63,999 bases of DNA, filler included, from Chrysochromulina tobinii (GCA_001275005.1; 8 parts of 8 records of this genome joined end to end with filler, not necessarily neighbours in it), one strand, 5' to 3'; positions 1-10,849 are shown, counted from the first letter of the whole stretch. The notes: generated by a model not told the origin, from the letters alone. A program made the numbers and translations.

Positions 1-1296
1 CGGCGCGCGCTGTGCCCTCTTTGAGCCGTTTGGATTCAAGCAGACGCTCGCGCTCAAATCGGCGCGAGCGCTCTGCATCGTCATCAGGCGAGTGCCCTCT
101 CATAGTGCCTCTCTTGGTGCCTCTCGGAGTGCCTCTCGGAGTGCCACCCTGATGGCCTCTCGGAGTGCTCAACTCGCGCTCGGCATCTCGTCATCAGCCT
201 GGACAATGGGAAGACGAGAGAAGATTTGGACCTGCGAGAGAGCACGTGGAGTTACCAATACCATGCGACCAAGTTCCAATTACTACACCAGTATGGGGGC
301 ACTCTCGAGAACCTTCTGCATGCCTCTGGATGCCTCGGAAAGCCTCCGAATGCCTCTGAATGCTCCGTGGTTGCAGGTATGGCGTCTATCTCGAGAATCT
401 CGTCTACTACCGCTCAACGGGTGCCTTCTCCGAGTGTGCGACGCACTACTTTGTCATGTCGGTGAGCAACATCGAGTCGCTCCAAGCCTTTGGCGTGCTG
501 CACCAGGCGTCCGTGGAAGAGCTGCGTGCGTCTTGCCACGATCCCCATGCGACGCTCTGCCAGCCGTCCAATGTGAGCAACAAAAAGCTCGAGCTGTACG
601 CACGTGCGGCCATCGCCACCTTCGTCCCCTCGCTCGCGACACATCCTATGGTCCCTGGGCAGCTCTCGCTCTTTGACTTTTCGGAGCGGTGGCAGTCGAA
701 TCGGGCGGCGATGCTCGTGCCGGGCGCCGTTCTGGGGCAGCAGCACGAGGTCCTCGTGACGCGCGTGGGCGACGCGCTGCAAGAGCCGTTTTGGTGACTG
801 ATGGCCACTGATGACCCTTGAGGACCACTGATTGCCACTGATGGCCTCTGATGATCACTGCTCGGCTACGTCGAGTCGCTTCAGGCCCGAGGGTTTGGGC
901 ATCAACCGCGGCTTCTTGGGCGCGCTCGACTGCGCGCACATGGTGCAGCACTACGCGGCCGTGCGGCGCGAGCGGCCAGGCGACGTCGAGGAGTGCTTGG
1001 CACGGCGCGAGGAGCTCTTTGGGCTGACCAAGCTGCTCTCTGGCCACAACCGCAAGGCAGAGTTGCGAGATCATCTCGAGGGCGCGGGGAGTGACGCGGA
1101 GAAGGGCTATGGCTACACGATCCAGCCACACACGCGCTACTTGCGCTGGAGCAGCAAGGCTGGGCTGTCGGCTGTGGCTGTGCCGGTGCCGGGTCGGGTT
1201 TGGGACAGGCGCCCACACAGCGAGCCGGCGGCGGACGAGAGCGCCAAGGCCAACCCACAGCAGGTTAGTGCGCTCTCGGCACTCTTTGGCTATTAG
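1..1296 (+). CDS. MICAL-like FAD-dependent monooxygenase, 5'-partial; exons 1-87, 198-290, 377-793, 885-1296
   Basis: The spliced product has MICAL monooxygenase motifs LENLVYY..THYFVM, VGDALQEPFW/PEGLGINRGFLGALD and YTIQPHTRY. Introns 88-197 (GC-AG), 291-376 and 794-884 restore the frame. The 3' end is uncertain (possible donor at 1264). Confidence 0.8.
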
Positions 1297-1527
1297 TGAT
1301 TAAGTGTTCTAGCGGGATTGACACGTCGAGGCGAATCGAAAAGAAATGATAATAATGGGGGGGGTGTTGTTGGTCCACTCCTACGAGTACATCTACGAGT
1401 ACATGCTACATGAACATGTGCGAGTAGTATTTACATAACTGTTAGCTGAAGCTGGGCGGAGGTAATCGTGGCGGCGGCCCAGCGGCAGCGGCACAGCGGC
1501 ACAGCGGCGCACGACTTGAATCCGCCT

Positions 1528-2526
1528 TCAATCAGGCACACTGTCGCCTCCCTCGACGAAGCCCTCGGCCCCCTCGACCTCCGCGATGCCGCCCTCTTGC
1601 CACCTGTCCTCCCACTCGCCGAGCGGCTGGCCCTGAGCTGCGGCTCGCGCCAGCATCTCTTCCTCCTCCTGCCAGTTCCGGAAGATGCGCATGCCTCGCC
1701 CGCCGATGCGCTCGAAGACACGCAACTCCTCGCCGCCGGGCGCGCCCGGAAGCGTCGCGATGCCGCGCGAGATGCGCACCATCTCGTCCACGTAGGTGGT
1801 GTCGAAGCCCCCCGCGACGACGCCTTGCAGCGGGCCGGGCAGCTCGATGTCGCTCTCCCGTGGGATCAAGTCGGTCAGTGCGCCCACGCCCACGCCGCCG
1901 TCGGGCTTGGTGTCGCCGCCGCTTGCGGGTAGTCCCTCGAGCCGCCGGCGCACGCGCTCGAGGTTGAGGCTGACTACGCTCCCCGCCGCGGCGCGCCGGC
2001 CACCCTTGCCCGCGCCACCCTCACCTTCGACGGCGAAGGAATGATCCAGCTCGAGGAACACCTGCGCCTGCTGCAGCGGCCCGAGCACGTCGCCCAGCGG
2101 CCCGGGTAGGGCTGATAAAAAGTTGCCTGCTGCACCTCCCGGCCACGGCGAGAGCGAGAGCGCGTTGACGACTCGCCGCGCCCGCACATCAATTCTTTGT
2201 ATCACATTCTGCGGAGCGAGCGGCGAGGTGGCGAGCGGCCCACGAAGGGTCGCGATGAGGCTGTCGAGCGCATCTGGAAGCATGCTCGCGGCAAGAGTCG
2301 ATGAGTACAAAAGGCGCCACTCGCCATCGAGAGCCATAAGGTCACGTGGGAACGCGGGTCTTGCCGCGTCCGCTTCGAGCGCCTCGCAAGCCGCCGCTAT
2401 GCGCCGGCCGGCGGTGGGACCACACACGTACCCGCTCGCCGGCAGGCCCTGAGCTTTGATGAGCGAGAGCAGCTCGGCCGACGGGACCGACGTGGTCGCC
2501 GTGAGAGCGGCGAGGAGGCAAAACAT
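1528..2526 (-). CDS. PAP/fibrillin (plastid lipid-associated) family protein
   Basis: Motifs LDGEWRLLYSST and FDTTYVDEMVRISRG; signal-like start MFCLLAAL (ATG at 2526). The longer ORF-track extension is antisense overlap with PDH E1 alpha. Confidence 0.8.
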   Translation of the reverse strand: MFCLLAALTATTSVPSAELLSLIKAQGLPASGYVCGPTAGRRIAAACEALEADAARPAFPRDLMALDGEWRLLYSSTLAASMLPDALDSLIATLRGPLATSPLAPQNVIQRIDVRARRVVNALSLSPWPGGAAGNFLSALPGPLGDVLGPLQQAQVFLELDHSFAVEGEGGAGKGGRRAAAGSVVSLNLERVRRRLEGLPASGGDTKPDGGVGVGALTDLIPRESDIELPGPLQGVVAGGFDTTYVDEMVRISRGIATLPGAPGGEELRVFERIGGRGMRIFRNWQEEEEMLARAAAQGQPLGEWEDRWQEGGIAEVEGAEGFVEGGDSVPD

Positions 2527-2577
2527 GAAGCAGAGATCGCCGCTCCGACGCGCGCTCAACTCGGCGCCACGAACCAT

Positions 2578-3789
2578 ATGCTGCGCCTCGCTGCGTCTGC
2601 GTCCGCGCGCCGCGTGGGCTCGGTCGCCACGGCAGCGCGCCCGCTGGCCGCTCGGAGCTTCTACTCTGCGCCAAAGCCGACGGAGGGCGCCGTGAAAATC
2701 GACTTCGACGTGCCGTACGATCTGCACAAACTCGAGGAGATCGGGGGCCCGGCGACCTACACTTATGCGACCAAGAAGGAGCTCATCGAGTACTTCTCGC
2801 TCATGTACCGCATGCGGCGCATGGAGATCGCGGCCGACACGCTCTACAAGGGCAAGTTCGTCAAGGGCTTCTGCCACCTGTACGACGGCCAGGAGGCCTG
2901 CCTCACGGGCATTGAGGCGGCTGTCACGCATAACGACAGCCTCGTCACGAGCTACCGCGACCACTGCCAGCAGCTCACGCGCGGCGACACGATGGAGAAC
3001 ATCTACAAGGAGCTCCTGGGCAAGTACAACCCGATCGCCAAGGGCAAGGGCGGCTCCATGCACATGTACAAGCCTGATGCCAACTTCTTCGGTGGCAACG
3101 GCATCGTTGGTGCGCAGGCTCCCATCGGTGCGGGCCTCGCGTTCGCGCACAAGTACAAGAAGGACGGCGGCGTCGCGCTTGCGATGTACGGCGATGGCGC
3201 GGCCAACCAGGGCCAGCTCTTCGAGGCGCTCAACATGGCAGCTCTGTGGAAGCTGCCGCTGATCTACGTGTGTGAGAACAACCAGTACGGCATGGGAACG
3301 AGCAAAGGGCGCTCATCGGCCAACTCGAACTACTACACGCGCGGCCACTACGTGCCCGGCATCAAGGTGGACGGCATGAATGTGCTCAACGTGCGCGAGT
3401 GCGTGCGCTTCGCGAAGGCGTATGCCCTCGAGCATGGACCAATCGTGCTGGAGATGGACACGTACCGGTACCACGGCCACTCGATGTCTGACCCGGGCAT
3501 CACGTACCGTAACCGCGATGAGGTGGCGGGCGTGCGCAAGACGCGCGACCCGATCGAGCGCGCCAAGCGCTACCTGCTCGAGCTTGAGCTCGCCACGGCC
3601 GCGGAGCTCAAAGACATCGAGACTGCAGCGCGAGTTGAGGTCGATGAGGCCGTGGAGAAGGCGAAGGCGGGCGCGCCGCCGGTGCGTGACCTTCTCTTCG
3701 AAGATATCTACGTCAACCAATCGAAGCAGTTCTACATCCGCGCGTGCGACCGCACCGTCGACCACGGCGTCATGGGCGTCACAAAGTAG
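2578..3789 (+). CDS. PDHA1: Pyruvate dehydrogenase E1 alpha subunit, mitochondrial
   Basis: GFCHLYDGQEA, GKGGSMHMY, TPP motif YGDGAANQGQ...ENN and YRYHGHSMSDPG; Arg/Ala/Ser-rich presequence; intronless. Confidence 0.97.
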   Translation: MLRLAASASARRVGSVATAARPLAARSFYSAPKPTEGAVKIDFDVPYDLHKLEEIGGPATYTYATKKELIEYFSLMYRMRRMEIAADTLYKGKFVKGFCHLYDGQEACLTGIEAAVTHNDSLVTSYRDHCQQLTRGDTMENIYKELLGKYNPIAKGKGGSMHMYKPDANFFGGNGIVGAQAPIGAGLAFAHKYKKDGGVALAMYGDGAANQGQLFEALNMAALWKLPLIYVCENNQYGMGTSKGRSSANSNYYTRGHYVPGIKVDGMNVLNVRECVRFAKAYALEHGPIVLEMDTYRYHGHSMSDPGITYRNRDEVAGVRKTRDPIERAKRYLLELELATAAELKDIETAARVEVDEAVEKAKAGAPPVRDLLFEDIYVNQSKQFYIRACDRTVDHGVMGVTK

Positions 3790-4423
3790 GCGTCCCCTCC
3801 CGAGCGCCATGTCGAGCGTTTCGTGCACGAGATCGTGTGCTCGTCCGCGCTAAGAAAGGGACTGTGCATCACGTCGGCATGTTCACCGAACTTGTGGGCT
3901 GAGATCGCGAATCTCGGCGGAACGCGATGGGCCACACGCGATGTGCGAGTGCGTGACAGCGTGTCGCACTGTGACTGTTGACGGTCGCCGCAGATCACGC
4001 TGTGCTGAGTCCTTCCGCGTTCGAACCGAACCCCGGACCGGTGGTGGCGCCTGCCGGATGCGATGCGCGCACATGAGAGTAGTGAGGGCGCGAGGCGACG
4101 TGTACTTTAAGGTCGATACGAGTATCTCATGATGGTAAATACAGGTAAAACGAATAAAGCGCGCGTGCCAGGCCAGAGCGCAGCCTGCAGCGGAGTTGCG
4201 GAGATATGATCAGCTGCAGGGAATTGGTCGATTCGATTGCGAGCCTCAGGTCGACGACGGACCGTACGGTCCTCGGTCGGGGCTGCCTCCGTCGGGCGCG
4301 GGTGGCGCGCTCGGGACCTCGGGTGCACCTAGCACCCCTAGCCTGCGCGACCATCTCGGAGATCGGCGTGCGAGACGTTCTGCTTCTGTGCACGCGAACG
4401 CAGCCCTCTATCCGCGTGTCCGT

Positions 4424-5782
4424 TCATAGCACGCCATCCTTGCGCTTCTGGTCCTGCAGCATCTCGAAGAACGACTTTGGCGGCCGGGTCTGCGTCTGCA
4501 CTCCTCCGCTGCGGCTGGGCGGCCGCGCACTGGCCGGTCGACTGCCGCAGCTCTGTGCGCCCGGGCTCGTCGAGCCGTTCGGCGGCGGCGGCGCGCCGCC
4601 CGGCGCACATCCACGCACGGGCTTGATGCCCGTCTCGCGCAGCAGCCGGCCCACCTGATCGGCAAGCGTGCCCATGGAGCTGAGACCGACTGCCCCGTTG
4701 GCGATCGCGACGGCCTCGCTCATGGACAGCTCCATCGGAAGACTCAGCTCCATCTTGAGGGCATGCACCTTGTCGGCGAGCGTCGGCTCACTCGAGGCAG
4801 GCGCGGCAGGCGGTGCCGCCGCGCCGAAGCGCGACGCCCGTTTCGGCGCGGCAGCCATGGAGGTCGTGCTGCCTCCGCCCGAACGCCATGCATTCAGAGC
4901 CTCGGCAAACGAGGCGGAGCTCGCCTCCTCATCGAATGCGTCACCCTCGAGCAGACCACCTCCGGAGCCCGTGCCTGTGCCGCTGCTGCCCGTGTTGGCG
5001 CCGCTGCTCACCTTGCCAGCGCGTGCGGCGCCGAAGCCCCCACCGCCGCCGACGGCGCCCGCGGCGACGCTCCGGTCACTGCCCCCTACGTCGATTCGCC
5101 CCGCGCCCAAGAGAATACCCGTCTGCGACGGCCCGCCGCCGCCGCCGCCAGCGGCCGCCGCACCGTCGGTACGCCACTCACGTACTGCGTCCGCGAACGC
5201 CGCCGAGTTGGCCGCCTCGTCGAATTCGCCCTCGAGTAGTGCGCCGCCGCCGGAGGCGGGTGGAGGCTCGTGCGTGTTGCTGCCCCCTTCAGGGCCGAGC
5301 AAGTCCTCGTAGTCGCCGCCGAGGTCGCCGCCGAGGTCGACGAGCGAGGCGCTCGGGTTCCAATCGAAGCTCGCGCGCGTCTTGCCAAACGGCGCCGGCC
5401 CGCCACTCGGCGGCGCCACAGGAAGGGAGCCCGCGCGGAGTAGAGGCTGCGTGGGCTTCGCCGCCGCAGCGTCCTGACCTGCCTGCTGTGCTGCGACGTC
5501 CTTAGACTTGAGCACCTTGTCCACGTACGAGCTGCTGTTCACCGGCACGTCCGTGCGTGCGGAGCGCCACACAGCCCCTGTGGGATTGCGCCCACGTGCA
5601 GAGTCACGTTTCTCGCGCTCGGATTGCATGGTCGCCTTGAGCTGCGCGAGGCGCGTCTCCATCGAGATAACATCCTGCTCCATGGCGGCGGTGTGACTCT
5701 TGGCGGCGGCGCCGCGCAGCGAAGACGCGGATTGCATCCGCGACTCTTCAGAGACGCGGGACACGGAGGAGAGACCGGGCAT
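4424..5782 (-). CDS. ZBBX-like low-complexity protein lacking a B-box
   Basis: N-terminal coiled coil METRLAQLK...WRS and two copies of (L)EG.FDE.A..A.F..A...WR, resembling conserved ZBBX blocks (recalled, not searched). Confidence 0.55.
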   Translation of the reverse strand: MPGLSSVSRVSEESRMQSASSLRGAAAKSHTAAMEQDVISMETRLAQLKATMQSEREKRDSARGRNPTGAVWRSARTDVPVNSSSYVDKVLKSKDVAAQQAGQDAAAAKPTQPLLRAGSLPVAPPSGGPAPFGKTRASFDWNPSASLVDLGGDLGGDYEDLLGPEGGSNTHEPPPASGGGALLEGEFDEAANSAAFADAVREWRTDGAAAAGGGGGGPSQTGILLGAGRIDVGGSDRSVAAGAVGGGGGFGAARAGKVSSGANTGSSGTGTGSGGGLLEGDAFDEEASSASFAEALNAWRSGGGSTTSMAAAPKRASRFGAAAPPAAPASSEPTLADKVHALKMELSLPMELSMSEAVAIANGAVGLSSMGTLADQVGRLLRETGIKPVRGCAPGGAPPPPNGSTSPGAQSCGSRPASARPPSRSGGVQTQTRPPKSFFEMLQDQKRKDGVL

Positions 5783-5953
5783 GTCCTTTTCCTACCGTTG
5801 AGCGCGCCGGACTTCGGCGCACGCCGCGAGTTTGGAGAATGGAGCTCGTCGCAAATTCCCCTCATTCTACACACTCAGGACCAGGCCAGGGTATCCTACA
5901 TGTTATGCTGGGAAGCAGCTCTCCCATCGTCGCTCGTCGCGACACTCGGACTT

Positions 5954-6607
5954 TCACTTCTCGCTGGCTGATGGTTGGCTGGAGCCGCCGGCCACCTTGG
6001 CCAGCGCGTCCTTGGCGCGGTCGAGCAGCCCGCCCTGGGTGAGCATGCTCTTGGACACCGGTATGATCTTCTGCTTCTCGATCTCGCCCGAGGCCTCCTT
6101 GGCCATCACGTCGGCGTCCAGGATTTTGAATCCCCACTGCAGCCGCGCCTTGAAGTCCTTGAGCTGACGGTACTGCTCGCACGCCATGTCGGCGAGTCGC
6201 CGCTCGGAGTCGAAAATGGAGCGCGCCATGCCCTGGTCGAGTCGGTCTTTGAACACCTGCTTGCCGAACGGGCTGTTGAGCCAAGCGTTGATGAGGCCCT
6301 TTGACTGGCCGTCGCCCTTCATTGCAGAGACTGGGTACCACGGCTTGCCAACCCCCGAACGACAATAGAGGTAGAAGACCGGGATCCCATCCTTGGGTGG
6401 CGGGGGCGCCTGCGGCATCTGCTGCATCGACGACGGCATCGCCATGCCCCCGACGGAGGGCATCTGCGGCTTCCCCTTGCGGCTCATCATTGCGACGTTG
6501 GAAGCGCGAAGCGCGGCTGCGGCAGTCGTCTGCATGAGGTGGTGCGGCGCGCCCGGGGCCAGTTGCAGCGCCGCCGCGCACGTGCAGCACAAGAGGATGC
6601 GCAGCAT
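5954..6607 (-). CDS. HHL1-like plastid protein (PSII photoprotection family)
   Basis: Bipartite-type leader MLRILLCCTCAAAL. Core DGIPVFYLYCRS..KPWYPVS.MKG...GKQVFKDRL...QY..LK....WGFKI matches the HHL1 pattern. Confidence 0.75.
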   Translation of the reverse strand: MLRILLCCTCAAALQLAPGAPHHLMQTTAAAALRASNVAMMSRKGKPQMPSVGGMAMPSSMQQMPQAPPPPKDGIPVFYLYCRSGVGKPWYPVSAMKGDGQSKGLINAWLNSPFGKQVFKDRLDQGMARSIFDSERRLADMACEQYRQLKDFKARLQWGFKILDADVMAKEASGEIEKQKIIPVSKSMLTQGGLLDRAKDALAKVAGGSSQPSASEK

Positions 6608-6869
6608 GGCGAGGAGCTGTCGGATTCCTCGCAAGATGGCCGTGGTTCGGCAAGCGGACACGTGCCGCCGAAACCCGTGCTTCAATGGTGTATGCTTCCA
6701 GGTTTTCCAAGTCTGCAAAAACCATATGCAGATTGAAACGTCAAGTTTGCTGTGACCGCATCGACGAGGCCGCCACCGCCGAAGGCCGAGGTGCGCGCGG
6801 CAGGGTGGCGCTGCCTCTCTGAATCGCTCAGAGCCTGAGCCGGCTGCACGCGAGTGACATTGCTCTGCG

Positions 6870-9488
6870 ATGACGTCCACCCGTGAAAACGGCCTGCCGA
6901 GCAAGGAGGCCGGTCTCTTCAAACAAATTGTCAAGCACTATGAGACGAAGCAGTACAAGAAGGGCATCAAAGCCGCCGATACGGTGCTCAAAAAGTTTCC
7001 CGACCACGGAGAGACCCTGTCGATGAAGGGTCTCATCCTCAACTGCGTCGACCGCAAGGCCGAGGCGTACGAGCTCGTGCGCAAGGGCGTCAAGATGGAC
7101 ATCAAGAGTCACGTGTGCTGGCACGTGTACGGGCTGCTCTACAGGTCGGACCGCGAGTACTTGCAGGCGATCAAGTGCTACCGCGGCGCGCTGCGCCACG
7201 ACCCGGACAACATGCAGATCCTGCGCGACCTCTCGATGCTCCAGGTCCAGATGCGCGACCTCGAGGGCTTCGTGCAGACGCGCCAGCATCTGCTCACGCT
7301 CAAGCCGACCAACAAGAACAATTGGTTCACCTTCGCCGTGGCGGCGCACCTGATGAATCGGTACGACAAGGCGGTGAACATCGTCAAGGCGCACGAGGAC
7401 ACTCTCGAGGGCACGCCCGAGAACGACTACGAGCACTCCGAGATGCTGCTGTACAAAAACATGCTGCTCGAGGAGGACGGCCAGCTGCAGGAGGCTCTCG
7501 ACCACCTCGAGAGCTGCGAGAAAGACATCGTCGATCGGCTCTTCTGGCTCGAGAAGCGCGCGCAGCTGCTGCGCCAGCTCAACCGGCACGCCGACGCCGA
7601 GCCGCTCTACCGCCAGCTGCTCAAGCGCAACCCGGAGCACGTCGGCTACCACGCGGGGCTGCAGGCGTGCGTGCTCGGCGCCGGCCGTGCGATTGAGAAT
7701 TGGATGCCCGAGGAGGTGGACGAGGCGACGGAGGCGAAGCTCAAGGTGTTGTACGCGGAGCTGCAGCACCACCACCCCAAGTCGACGGTGTGCCGCCGGC
7801 TGCCTCTCGACTTTGCGCGCGACGGCGCGCACTTCCGCATCGCATGCAAGACATACATCCTGCCGCCGCTGCGCAAGGGCGTGCCGTCCCTCTTTGCCGA
7901 CCTCAAGCCGCTCTACCGCTCTAAGCCGAAGGCGGAGGTGCTGGGCGCCATCCTCGAGGAGTGGCTCAAATCGCTCGAGGCCGACGGCAAGCTGCCGGGT
8001 GAGTCTCGCCACGAGATGCCCACCGTCATCATGTGGGTACGTGCCCTGCTCGCGCAGCACTACGACCAGGTGGGCGAGAGCGCGAGAGCGCTCGCGCAGA
8101 TCGATCTCGCGATCCAGCACACACCTACGCTGCTCGACCTTTACATGCTCAAGGCGCGCATGTACAAGCACGCGGGCGCGCTGCTCCAGGCGTCCGAGTG
8201 TATGAATCTCGCGCGCCAGATGGACTTGGCTGACCGTTACATCAACACCAAGGCGACACGCTACATGCTGCGGGCGAACCAGGTGGACGAGGCGCAGAAG
8301 ACGATCGCGCTGTTCACCAAGGACGGCGACCAAAAGTCCAACCTGTTTGATATGCAATGCATGTGGTACGAGCTAGAGATCGGACAGGCGTACTGCCGAC
8401 TCGCGCGCACCGACGCCTCCCACTACGGGCGTGCGCTCAAGCAGTTCACGTCGGTGGACAAGCATTTCACCGACATCATCGAAGACCAATTCGACTTCCA
8501 CACGTACTGCATCCGCAAGATGACGCTGCGCGCGTACGTCAATATGCTTCGCATGGAGGACACGGTCCATGGCCACGCGTACTACGTGCGCGCGGCTATG
8601 GGTGCTATTGAAGTCTACATTGCGCTCGTGGATAAGCCTAAGCAGGACGCGGCGGCGGCGGCGGCGGCAGACGAGTCGCAGATGTCGGCAGGCGAGCGCA
8701 AGAAGCTCGAGTCGAAGAAGCGCAAGGCGGAGGCCAAGGCCAAGGCGGAGGCTGAGGAGGCCAAGGCCAAGGCGGCGGTGGCGGCCAAGGCGGAGAAGGG
8801 CGCCAAGGGCAACAAAGGCAAGCCCGACAAGCCCGTAGATGAAGATCCGGAGGGCGCGGCGCTCGCCAGCGTCGACGACCCGCTTGAGAAGGCCTCCGTC
8901 TTCTTGCGGACGCTGCAGCAGCACGCGCCCAAAAACCTGCGCACGCACACGCTCGCGTGCGCCCTCGCCCTGCGCAAGAAGCGCTACCTGCTCGCCCTGC
9001 GCGCGCTGCGCCGGGCAGTGGCTCTGGCACCGGCCGACCCGGACGTGCACACGGCGACCGTTGAGTTCTTGCTCGAGATGGACAAGGAGGCGGCGATCCT
9101 GCCGCCGACGATTGCGCGTGTGCTCGAGGCCAATCGCGCCGCCATAGGCGCGCCGCCTGGCAAATCTCTCGAGGAGCTCAATAAGGCCTTCCTGCTCAAG
9201 GCTGAGGGCGCGCCCGCGGCGGTGCTCGCGGCCGCCGCGCTGCAGCTGCAGATCGCACCTGCGCAGAAGGACGCGGCCAAGGCGCTCGTTACGTCGCTCG
9301 ATCCGAGCAAACTCAGCCTGGCGCTCGCCGTGCGTGCGCACACGCTGCTCGCCACCTCCTTCGGCGACGCCGCCGCGGCCGAGGCTTTCGGCGCCAAGGT
9401 GCGCGCGCGCTACCCGCTTGCCGATTACTTCCAGCCGCCAGAAGTCCTGTCCCAAGGCATTCAGGACGGCAAGGGTGCGAGCGAATAG
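6870..9488 (+). CDS. NAA15: NatA auxiliary subunit (NAA15/NAT1)
   Basis: KHYETKQYKKGIK, HGETLSMKGL, SHVCWHVYGL, DLADRYINTK, EDQFDFHTYCIRKMTLRAYV; TPR architecture; intronless. Confidence 0.97.
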   Translation: MTSTRENGLPSKEAGLFKQIVKHYETKQYKKGIKAADTVLKKFPDHGETLSMKGLILNCVDRKAEAYELVRKGVKMDIKSHVCWHVYGLLYRSDREYLQAIKCYRGALRHDPDNMQILRDLSMLQVQMRDLEGFVQTRQHLLTLKPTNKNNWFTFAVAAHLMNRYDKAVNIVKAHEDTLEGTPENDYEHSEMLLYKNMLLEEDGQLQEALDHLESCEKDIVDRLFWLEKRAQLLRQLNRHADAEPLYRQLLKRNPEHVGYHAGLQACVLGAGRAIENWMPEEVDEATEAKLKVLYAELQHHHPKSTVCRRLPLDFARDGAHFRIACKTYILPPLRKGVPSLFADLKPLYRSKPKAEVLGAILEEWLKSLEADGKLPGESRHEMPTVIMWVRALLAQHYDQVGESARALAQIDLAIQHTPTLLDLYMLKARMYKHAGALLQASECMNLARQMDLADRYINTKATRYMLRANQVDEAQKTIALFTKDGDQKSNLFDMQCMWYELEIGQAYCRLARTDASHYGRALKQFTSVDKHFTDIIEDQFDFHTYCIRKMTLRAYVNMLRMEDTVHGHAYYVRAAMGAIEVYIALVDKPKQDAAAAAAADESQMSAGERKKLESKKRKAEAKAKAEAEEAKAKAAVAAKAEKGAKGNKGKPDKPVDEDPEGAALASVDDPLEKASVFLRTLQQHAPKNLRTHTLACALALRKKRYLLALRALRRAVALAPADPDVHTATVEFLLEMDKEAAILPPTIARVLEANRAAIGAPPGKSLEELNKAFLLKAEGAPAAVLAAAALQLQIAPAQKDAAKALVTSLDPSKLSLALAVRAHTLLATSFGDAAAAEAFGAKVRARYPLADYFQPPEVLSQGIQDGKGASE

Positions 9489-9897
9489 AGGTGCCGGGTC
9501 GCTACGGTCGCACGCGATGGTCTCACGCGGAGGTCTCGGCGTGTCTGAGGTGAGCGGCGGGTCCTGTTTGCAGCATTCACACTCACACGCGACGCCGCGT
9601 GGCGGTCGCCGACGAAAGCCGCATTCGGTGCGCCTCGACATTTATTTGCCAGACCAGACAATGATAGTACAGGTGTTGGTGTATGAGTTCGACTTCGACC
9701 TCGCAGTTTTTTCTCCGTCTTTCAATCCCGGGGACTATACCTGCAATACCGCCTGTCGTTCTCATCCACCGCGCGCGCGCGAACGGCAACGGGGCGTCGC
9801 GCACACGGACACGCGAACTGCTCGTGTGAGCCGAGTTTTGCGGGTGTTTCGTCTTGAGGGATATCGACGCACCGCTGTATGAGCGCTGCATTCGACA

Positions 9898-10677
9898 TCA
9901 ATTTGTCCGCCTCTCTGATCTGAACCAGCCCACGACGCATTGGCGCGGCTGCTCGGTCGGCAACACCTCGTGAGGTACACGGTCAGAGCGCAGCAGGACC
10001 AAGGTGCCACCCTCTGGCGTGATGTCTGTGTGGGCTGCACCCATATCACCCTCGGCACCGTGATAGATGCGGAGTTGGCCTCCCCACGCTGGATCCCATC
10101 CACGATTCAGGTAGAGCAGCATGCTCACCTCGCGCCGTGTCGCGTGACCCAAAAACGAACCGCCATCCTCGGTGCTGCGGCCGCTGCGGACCCAGCCGTC
10201 GTTTTTATTCGGTATGTCTATATGCCGCTGGTAGCGCCCACCAATAGGATACAAGAGGTACGCGAGTTCCATGGACAGCGGCTCAAGCTGTAGCGGCAGC
10301 TTGAGGACGTGGTCGAGGTCGATGCAAAGGCTTCGCATCGCTGTCGTGAGCGCCATGCGTGTATCCACGTTACCCGCGCTCGTGCGCGGCGGCGGTATGA
10401 GCGGGAGCTGGGACGAGAGACGGACTGATGTGTCCATATATCCGTTTTTGGTAGTCAGCCCGGCGGCCCTTGGTAGACCCTCTTGCTCGCACAGCAGCAC
10501 GTCGGTCAGGATGGCGTCCACAAAAGCTGGCGGAAAGTAATTCGGCACGACGCAGAAGCCCACGTGCTTGAACTGCGCCAGAGCTGCGGACGGAATCGGA
10601 GCGGCGCTTCGCTGCAGCCTGCTGCGATAGTCCAGCATGGCCGGCGCTAATAACCCAATTCCGTCTGTGTTCAGCAT
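9898..10677 (-). CDS. 2OG-Fe(II) oxygenase, EGLN/prolyl-hydroxylase-like
   Basis: Y..GGRYQRHID (HxD), LLYLN..W....GGQLRIY, P.GGTLVL..S..PHEV..T..R..VVGWF. Start codon approximate. Confidence 0.85.
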   Translation of the reverse strand: MLNTDGIGLLAPAMLDYRSRLQRSAAPIPSAALAQFKHVGFCVVPNYFPPAFVDAILTDVLLCEQEGLPRAAGLTTKNGYMDTSVRLSSQLPLIPPPRTSAGNVDTRMALTTAMRSLCIDLDHVLKLPLQLEPLSMELAYLLYPIGGRYQRHIDIPNKNDGWVRSGRSTEDGGSFLGHATRREVSMLLYLNRGWDPAWGGQLRIYHGAEGDMGAAHTDITPEGGTLVLLRSDRVPHEVLPTEQPRQCVVGWFRSERRTN

Positions 10678-10849
10678 TGCCCGGGCGCAAGGGGGGGAGG
10701 GCGTCGAGGGCACGGTCCCACGCCCCAATCAAGCGAGGCAAGTCAAGTCAATTCGAGTCCAGCGAATCCTCGGATCTCCCTCACGGCTGACCTTTTCGTT
10801 TCAGACTTTGACGTCCATGACGGCGGCCCGGTGACGAAACACTGTACTC

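Noticed and set aside
1340..1430. G-tract followed by TG and CTACGAGTACAT repeats as a possible PPT/LTR
   Set aside because: The interval between convergent genes is too short and has no other retroelement features.
6828..9641. Long antisense ORFs over NAA15 (likewise over PDHA1, the EF-hand and Pro-rich genes)
   Set aside because: Expected shadows of high-GC3 coding sequence; no recognisable motifs.
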